The position numbers were made by a program, and so were the translations under genes. From Ascoidea asiatica JCM 7603 (lineage: Eukaryota > Fungi > Ascomycota), in contig BCKQ01000003.1 in NCBI GenBank assembly GCA_001600695.1, positions 1,090,654 to 1,154,653 of the forward strand: a DNA stretch of 64,000 nt, given 5' to 3'. The first letter of the stretch is position 1; the number at the start of each line of letters is the position of its first letter. This document shows positions 55,765-64,000 of this stretch, piece after piece. Under the pieces are notes generated by a model. It was not told the DNA's origin. It did no database searches and worked only from the letters and a program-made list of their open reading frames with translations.

Positions 55765-58764
55765 ATGTCTTCAGAAGATTCTGTTTTTATTTCTCAAATT
55801 GATTATACAATAAATCAATTAGCAAAAAGGCCTGGTTTGGTTTCTTTTGAAAATATATCAAGAATCGCAGAATTATATGGGTTATTTGCGATACCTGATG
55901 ACTCTCATGCTGATTTTGATAGATTAACTTTAGGTGGTCCATTATTATTAATTGATATTGATTTTGATAAATCTTTAAAAAAAGTTCTTAATGTTTCATT
56001 ATCTTTGGTTTCTGATAATGATGATCAAGATGTGGAAATGAATTCAGATACTGATTTAAAAAATGTAAATAGCTCAAATGATAAACAAATAATTATTGAT
56101 AAAATCAGAAAAAATTTCGAACTTTTAAAGAAAAAAGTATCATTTGCAAATAAATCTCTGGAAAGGTCTGCAAATATAATTTTGTTAAACTCTCTAACTT
56201 CTTCACATATACAAACCAAGTGCAGAAAAAGTCATGAAACTTTTGTTGAAAATCCTATAAGATATGATGTATTGAAACTTAATAATTTTGCTCAAAATCT
56301 TAAATACTTATCTACTTTAGATAAACTTTCAGTATCAAAGGCAATTGATGATAATGGAACTTCAGTTTCTGATTCATATGTGGACTTATTCAATTATATG
56401 AATGAATTAGAAATGCTAATATTTATAATAAATAAGAATGAATATAATTTACTATTAAATCAACAAAGACTTCTATTCAACAGACCTAATTATACTACTC
56501 CTAATGATAGACTTGGTCAAAGCAATCAAAAATTATTCGACATGATGAATGGTTACTTAAAATTGGGAAAATTAGAAAATAATGTCAATAATAAAGTGGG
56601 TATATTCATGAAATATTGGGAAGATAATAAGTTTGTTAATCGAAGAATTTTTAGAAATGAAAAGGACTCTAAAGAGCAAAAGCTCAAAAACATCCGAAAA
56701 AACAACAAAGATGCGGATAATGACACTGTAATGTCTGATGTTAATGAATCAGAATCAAATAAAAGTAGTTCAAATACTGGTAAATTCAATATTCTTAAAG
56801 AACCAGATAATGCAATAAATGATTTATTTGGTCTTCAATATAATTTAAAATTCCATAAAGATATAAAATACATTCAATTTTCTATAAAATCTCATGAAAA
56901 TAATGCTTTACTTCCATTAACGAAAATTCTTTCATCTCCTTACTCTTCTAATCTTATCAACTCATTTTCCATACTACAGTCAAAACTTATGAAACAACCT
57001 TCAAATTTGAACACGAAAATCGATTTTATAGATATCAAGTTACTTGATCATTTTATTACCCCTTGTAATCATGAAAAACTAAAAGCGTGTTTAAGTTTGA
57101 ATTTCTTTCCCAATATATGGATTCCTATTGATTTAATTCCTAATTATTTTGAAAATCATAATCAAAGTTATAAAATCTCAATTGTTTTTGAAAAATCAAA
57201 AGATGAAAATGAAACTGAATTTCAAGATAACGAAGATTTTCAGGCGTTAGATGATCTGATTAGAAAATCAAGGAAAAGGAATAACACTGATGAAATATTT
57301 ATTTCCAATTATAATGATTTGATAACTAGCGAAGAAGATAAAAAGGAGAACTCAAACAAACCTGGGAATGGAGAAAAGCCTAATGCTGATTCAATTTTTC
57401 GTGATTTTGGTTGTAAAGATGAGAAAAATTATTTTGTCCAACTTCCAAATCCTTCTTATGGCAATGACTTTATAACAGATTCGATAAATAATTCCGCGTT
57501 AATTGAAGAAGAGGAAGAAGATGATGATGAACAAAAAGAAAAAAAAAATAATGATGATGATAATATAAGTTTACTAACTAATAATAATTCTATAATAATG
57601 CCAATAAAGTCTAAAACCATAAATGCTCGATGCAATTATAATTATGGCTTATCTTCAAAATTTCAAAAGCTTAAATCTATGGATATTATATTTGAAGATA
57701 TTGAATCAGATAAAAAATCAGCAAGTCCACCAAATGAAGAAATTAGTAATAGTAAAATAGACGATTTTCTAAGAAATTTTGAAAGTTTTTTGATTGATTT
57801 AAGGTCTTGGTGGTTTATGGAAAATCTTATTAAGAGTGTTATTGAAAAATCTTTATTTTCAATGGAAGATAAAACTCAATATTCAACTGATCTAAAAGAA
57901 TTTATAGGAAAGGAACATCTGATATCAAAAAGAAGATCCATAGATGAATTAAATGGAGGTAAATTTTCAAATAAAGATAGAAGATTTAGTATTGGAAGTA
58001 ATTCAAAATTAGATTTTTCTTCAAGACCTAGATCATCTTCTTTTTCGAATACACCCATAAGTGTTGGAAAAACAAATTATGATAACAAAAATATAGATTT
58101 GGATGGCACCTTTGATACATATTCTGAAGAAGGTAAAGGTAATTCTTTAAATGGTGATTTTGAAAATTTAAATGATATAATGAGATCTAGTAGTTCTAGT
58201 TTTCATATAGGTGGTAATAGAAAAAGAAGAAATTCATTAGTTAAATTGAAAAAAGTTTTAAATTCTACACATTTACATCATGAAAATTTAAAATATCTTT
58301 ATAATAATTTTTTTATAAAATTTTCGATTCTTGATTCATCAATTGATGAATTATATGAAGGATTAAATCCTTTAAGTTCAGGAGAATTAACAATAGATGG
58401 AAAATTATATGAATTTAATATAAAAACAAATTTAAATTTATTTGCAGATAAAATTATGAATTCAAGAAATATTATTGGAAATTTAAATAATTTATCAAAA
58501 GAAATAAATCAAATTAGATTATTTATAAATAATGGAAAAGTTGTTAAATTTGAAGTATTTGAAGGAAATGAGAAATTTTTTAGTGATAGTGGATTAATTA
58601 AAAAAATTGGAATAATTGGTATAAATAATAAAGTTGGATGTGGAATCGGAAATATTAATTTAAATCGAAAAATAGGGAATAAAAAAATTATTAAAATAAT
58701 GGAAGCAGTAAATAATACTGAAAGTTTATATTTTATATTAGAGTGGTTACTTAATAATGAATAA
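55765..58764 (+). CDS. MED1: Mediator subunit Med1
   Basis: N-terminal PGLVSFENISRIAELYGL...RLTLGGPLLLIDIDF...VLNVSLSL, FAQNLKYLSTLDKLS, DLFNY, MKYWED match the fungal Med1 domain. Confidence 0.8.
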   Translation: MSSEDSVFISQIDYTINQLAKRPGLVSFENISRIAELYGLFAIPDDSHADFDRLTLGGPLLLIDIDFDKSLKKVLNVSLSLVSDNDDQDVEMNSDTDLKNVNSSNDKQIIIDKIRKNFELLKKKVSFANKSLERSANIILLNSLTSSHIQTKCRKSHETFVENPIRYDVLKLNNFAQNLKYLSTLDKLSVSKAIDDNGTSVSDSYVDLFNYMNELEMLIFIINKNEYNLLLNQQRLLFNRPNYTTPNDRLGQSNQKLFDMMNGYLKLGKLENNVNNKVGIFMKYWEDNKFVNRRIFRNEKDSKEQKLKNIRKNNKDADNDTVMSDVNESESNKSSSNTGKFNILKEPDNAINDLFGLQYNLKFHKDIKYIQFSIKSHENNALLPLTKILSSPYSSNLINSFSILQSKLMKQPSNLNTKIDFIDIKLLDHFITPCNHEKLKACLSLNFFPNIWIPIDLIPNYFENHNQSYKISIVFEKSKDENETEFQDNEDFQALDDLIRKSRKRNNTDEIFISNYNDLITSEEDKKENSNKPGNGEKPNADSIFRDFGCKDEKNYFVQLPNPSYGNDFITDSINNSALIEEEEEDDDEQKEKKNNDDDNISLLTNNNSIIMPIKSKTINARCNYNYGLSSKFQKLKSMDIIFEDIESDKKSASPPNEEISNSKIDDFLRNFESFLIDLRSWWFMENLIKSVIEKSLFSMEDKTQYSTDLKEFIGKEHLISKRRSIDELNGGKFSNKDRRFSIGSNSKLDFSSRPRSSSFSNTPISVGKTNYDNKNIDLDGTFDTYSEEGKGNSLNGDFENLNDIMRSSSSSFHIGGNRKRRNSLVKLKKVLNSTHLHHENLKYLYNNFFIKFSILDSSIDELYEGLNPLSSGELTIDGKLYEFNIKTNLNLFADKIMNSRNIIGNLNNLSKEINQIRLFINNGKVVKFEVFEGNEKFFSDSGLIKKIGIIGINNKVGCGIGNINLNRKIGNKKIIKIMEAVNNTESLYFILEWLLNNE

Positions 58765-58889
58765 GTATAATTATATATATATATATTATTATATATTATT
58801 ATATATTATTATTGAGTTTATATACAGCAAAGTTTTGAAAGCAAAAAAAAAAAAAAATTTAATGCAATGAAATGGAATTAGGATATGTA

Positions 58890-59927
<1,038 letters not shown>

Positions 59928-60056
59928 TTAAAATAATTGAATTGGATTAGCTACTTACTTACTTTATTACTTCAATTCACTGAATTGAATTGAATTGAAT
60001 TGAATTGAATTGAATTAATTTCGATCCTTAATTTCAATTTCTAAATTTTAAACGAG

Positions 60057-60064
60057 CCGGGTAA
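60057..60064. promoter_or_regulatory. Reb1 site CCGGGTAA in COQ5 promoter
   Basis: Exact consensus ~210 bp upstream of the COQ5 ATG, next to a (TTGAA)n repeat. Confidence 0.6.
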
Positions 60065-62096
60065 GTAAATGAAAACTAGAACCATAAAAGTGGATTCAAA
60101 TTTAGAATTAGATTTAATTTTAATATTAATTTTGATTTTACATTTCATTTGATATTAAAAATAACTTTTTTACTTGATTAACAATAATTTGTTGTTGATG
60201 ATGATAAACAATAAATTGTCCATAAATAAATTGATTAGAGCAAAAAAAAATAACAAAAACAACAAAAATAACAATGGGGGTAAAAAAATAAAGTGATCAA
60301 ATTAGCTTAATGATTGTCGTATTAGTACAATTTGTTCAATCAATAATATGAAACAAGAAGTAAATAATATTGAAAAAAAAAGTATCCGAGTTTATTTTTA
60401 CAAAAAGAAGCATATCTGAACAATTGTTTGAATATAAATATTATTTAAACATGTTTATAATTCTATATTACTAGTGGTAAGCACATTAGTATTTCAAATA
60501 TATTTATTACTTATCAGTTGGTTATTGTTACCCAAAATTAAATGATTTTTTCATTTATTAAGAATTTCAAATAATATATTTAAATACACCGAATCATTTA
60601 CTTCTCAATTTGAATACTTTTTTTTGCATTCTAGAAGATTTAAAAGAGGTAAAAGTATTATCCCAAGTATTTTATTTGTGTTTATGTCTTTGTCTTTGCT
60701 TTCATAGAATGGTTTGCTTTATTGTTTTCATATTTTGATTATTATTTTACTTGTACTAAAACAACAAACAAGTTCGAAAATTATAATAAAGAACAATATA
60801 TTATTACTACTTACTTAACTATCCATTGTATTCTAAACCATTGATTGGCTATTAAAAGACTTTGTGGTTAATTTTCTTATATTCGTTGCAAACTGACCCA
60901 TAAATTATTTTCGGGAATAGGTACGGGTCAGTTTCAAAGAAGTGCGGAACTTTTTTGGAAGGAAGAAATTGCTCGCTTCTTGAGACATGGAACAGTGTAC
61001 TGTTCCATGAACAAATTGTGAATGATTTGGTCTCGGATCTAAATTACAGAAACGCAACGCCGTGGTTGTAGCACATAGAAATTCACTAACCTTGGTAATT
61101 ATTATGCAACACACCACATATTATACCTTGATACACAGACACTGAATTGGACCTGTTAAAAATCAGAATTTTTTAATATTTACGTAGTAACTTAAGCTAA
61201 ACTCAATTAAAAAAAGATGTTAGTGAAATACAGTAAGGTGGTAAATATAATTGGTGAAACCACCTGATTGATATTCCATGGTTCCGGATGTGGAAACCGG
61301 TGTGTTTTGTCCAATAGAAAGTCTACATCTTCGAGTCTAATAAGGTTATTTGTTGTTAGTGCACTCAAAATAATGTACCGCTTTTGTTTACTTTGAAAAG
61401 AGCACAGTGCATAGAATACATATTTAAACTTTGAACTTGCTGCGGTGTGCGTGTAGATTTTCAAAGTAAGCATGTTCGAGTACTTTATTTCATTGTAAAA
61501 AGCGTGTCGGCCAATATATGGTGATCATTAGGAATTGGGGTGTCGACCTTGAAATTCTGTGCAATTAAAAAATGCAAAATGGAGAGGTCAATCTCTAGAA
61601 CACTAGAACAAATAAAAAAAGTGGCAATACTTTTACTAGCACTAGTTCTACCAGCAGGGAACCAGCGAGCGACTGGCGCTCATATAAATAAGTAACCACG
61701 AGAGTAAAAGGAAGAAAAACAAAAGTGAAAGAAAAAGTAAAAGCAAAAAGAAATGGAGAAACAACCAATTCATTGAAATGAATATGGATAATGCATCCCT
61801 TAATGATTAAAAAGGGTTCCAGTTATTTTTAGCATCAAATCGTTTGGCGTTCACCAATTTCTCCCACTTATAGAATTATTGTGCCATTAACGCTACGCCC
61901 AAGTTGTTTGTAAAATCGATACAAACAAGAAGACCTATGCAAAGAGAAATCTATGATTTTTGTACAAAATTCAAAACTCAAATAACAAAACAAAAATCAT
62001 ATCACATACAATATCCCTTTTTGAGACAGGATTATTCCAGTATCTCAACTTGGGGCTATTGGTTCGTATGTAACTGAGTTTGATTTTCTCCCAGAC

Positions 62097-62144
62097 TGGA
62101 GCGGGACACTGCCCGCTCCACTTCCGACTCGAGTCTTCCATGGA
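62097..62144. promoter_or_regulatory. Cluster of GC-rich palindromes upstream of the velvet gene
   Basis: TGGAGCGGG-ACACTG-CCCGCTCCA (contains CGG-N8-CCG), GACTCGAGTC, TCCATGGA. Confidence 0.55.
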
Positions 62145-63400
62145 CTGTGTGCGGACCAAGATTAAACTAACATTTTATTATTTGATTGATTGATTGATTG
62201 ATTTCAAGAAATTCAAGGTGTGGGTTGAAATTGTTCTGTTTTACAAGCTATTTCCCTGGTACTTCCAGATCAGAATCTAAATCAAAATTACTTGAAAATT
62301 CTCAAGTATCAAAACATTCATATCGATATTAGTAATAGTTTTCATTATTGGCATTGAAAGTCTTTGGCCAATTTATTTTTTATTTTCATTTATTATTTGT
62401 TTATTATTTATTTAATTATTATTATTTTTTCAATCTTTTCATTATTCTATAAAACAAATTGAATTTCTTCTTTCTTTTCTAACAATCTTTATTCTCATCT
62501 TCTCATCTTCTCATCTTCTCATCTTCTATTCATTTATTCACTGATCAACTCCAGAATCACAGCCCTCACATCTATAAATTTGCCTACAAATCCACTGCCT
62601 TAGCCTCACTACACCCAGCACTCAGCACTACTATTATTACTATTATTACTACTATTACTACTGTTACTATCTCTATTATTACTTGTACCGCACTGTTTCC
62701 TTAACTAAAACTAAAATTAAAACTAAATCCAAAACTAAAAATCTTAAAGCAAAACTGAAAACTTTACTTTTCTTAGCACTTTCCCACTCTTAACTATTAA
62801 ATATTAATAAAAATCTAGCTTTTGGCTTCTTAAAATCAATCATTATCATAAACTTTTTTTCCCCTAATTGAATTCTGATAAATCATCATAAATTTTAACT
62901 TATTCAATATCATTCCTAAAATCATCTAAATTTTATATCATCTAAATTTTATATCATCTAAATTTTATATCATTTTATTTATAAATATATAATTATTGAT
63001 ATATAATAATCAACTTCTTTCTTATTTCTTGTTTATTATAAATCAAATCAAATTAAATCAAATCAAATTAAATCAAATCAACCAAAATCATATCATATCA
63101 TATCATTTCGTATATTATTCGCATGTTTTCAAATTAGCTATTTTTCTATCATTATTATCATAATCACATTCAAAATCATAATCATAATCATAATCATCTC
63201 TTAATCTTAGTTAATTAATAAACAATATAATCATCTTCATAATTATAATAATCATAATAATAATATTTTGATTAATAATCATACTTATAACAATATTCTA
63301 TATATAATCTTTTAATATTCAAATAATACTCAAACATACTCAAATTTATTCATATACAAATATACTTATATAAAAAATACATATAAAAAAAAAAAAAGAA

Positions 63401-64000
63401 ATGACAAAATATACTAAAGATAAAGTTAAACCAATAAGATCTGATTTTATTTCTTCAATATCTTCAAATTTTAATCTTGAAGTTATTCAACAACCTGAAC
63501 AAGCAAGAGTTTGTGAAAAAACAATAACTGCTGCAAGTAGTAGAAGATTAGTTGATCCTCCTCCAATTGTTAAAGTTTCTTTACTTGATCAAAATAATAA
63601 TGATATAATAACCCAATGTCTTGATGCTTTATTTGTAGTTGCAAGTGTTGAAAGATTATCAGATTCTGATATAAATTTTGACTTAAATTATGATACAAGT
63701 AATGAATTAATTGATGATTTAAATAATAATAATAATAATGATTCAAAAATAATATCTTCTATATCTTCTCCATCTTCAATAAATAATTCTCCGAAAACTA
63801 TTTCAAATAATTCTTTAAAGCCACAAATAGCAAATAAAAGAAAAAGAAAATTAAAAAGAATGAAAGAAATTGAATCAAAAAATTTAACAAGTAGTGATAT
63901 GTTATGTGGTACAACTGTTTTAACTGTTCAATATATTAAAGGTGATCCAAATTTACAAGCTTTAGCTGTATTCACTAATTTATCTGTAAAATATGAAGGT
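63401..64000 (+). CDS. Velvet-domain protein (VeA/VelB/VelC/VosA superfamily), 3' end runs off the window
   Basis: Open for 200 codons from ATG 63401: FNLEVIQQPEQARVC...SRRLVDPPPIVKV...MLCGTTV...AVFTNLSVKYEG, matching velvet motifs QQP-x-x-AR-x-C, RR-x-I/V-DPPPIV and F-x-DLSVR-x-EG. Confidence 0.9.
   Translation, partial: MTKYTKDKVKPIRSDFISSISSNFNLEVIQQPEQARVCEKTITAASSRRLVDPPPIVKVSLLDQNNNDIITQCLDALFVVASVERLSDSDINFDLNYDTSNELIDDLNNNNNNDSKIISSISSPSSINNSPKTISNNSLKPQIANKRKRKLKRMKEIESKNLTSSDMLCGTTVLTVQYIKGDPNLQALAVFTNLSVKYEG

Overview
Very AT-rich eukaryotic (budding yeast, Saccharomycotina-like) chromosomal segment with apparently intronless genes, pervasive Asn/Ser microsatellite-encoded low-complexity tracts, long G-poor leaders and short GC-richer promoter islands. 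About 21 protein genes. Recognisable housekeeping genes: HFL1/TMEM184, MRS3/4, GOR1, RPN12, VPS28, RGL1/Art1-type arrestin, an alpha/beta hydrolase, THP1/PCID2, ERP2/4, FLC, MED1 and COQ5. Two genes missing from the supplied ORF track because they run off the window edges are developmental regulators best known from filamentous fungi: a Con7/Vta2-type C2H2 factor (left edge) and a divergent, split velvet-domain protein (right edge). Other notable items: a ~1 kb intergenic stretch (2938-3936) with many nested helices that looks like an unannotated structured RNA; a transposase-derived double FAR1/WRKY-GCM1 DNA-binding protein without a catalytic domain; a probable 79-aa microprotein behind a dense Rpn4/MCB/MSE-type promoter; a secreted, Kex2-site-containing His/Cys/Asp-rich protein; and a head-to-head pair of paralogous tetraspan membrane proteins, one with a sharp local GC3 peak. 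No tRNA, rRNA, CRISPR or intact mobile element was recognised. All family assignments come from motif recognition by eye, not database searches.
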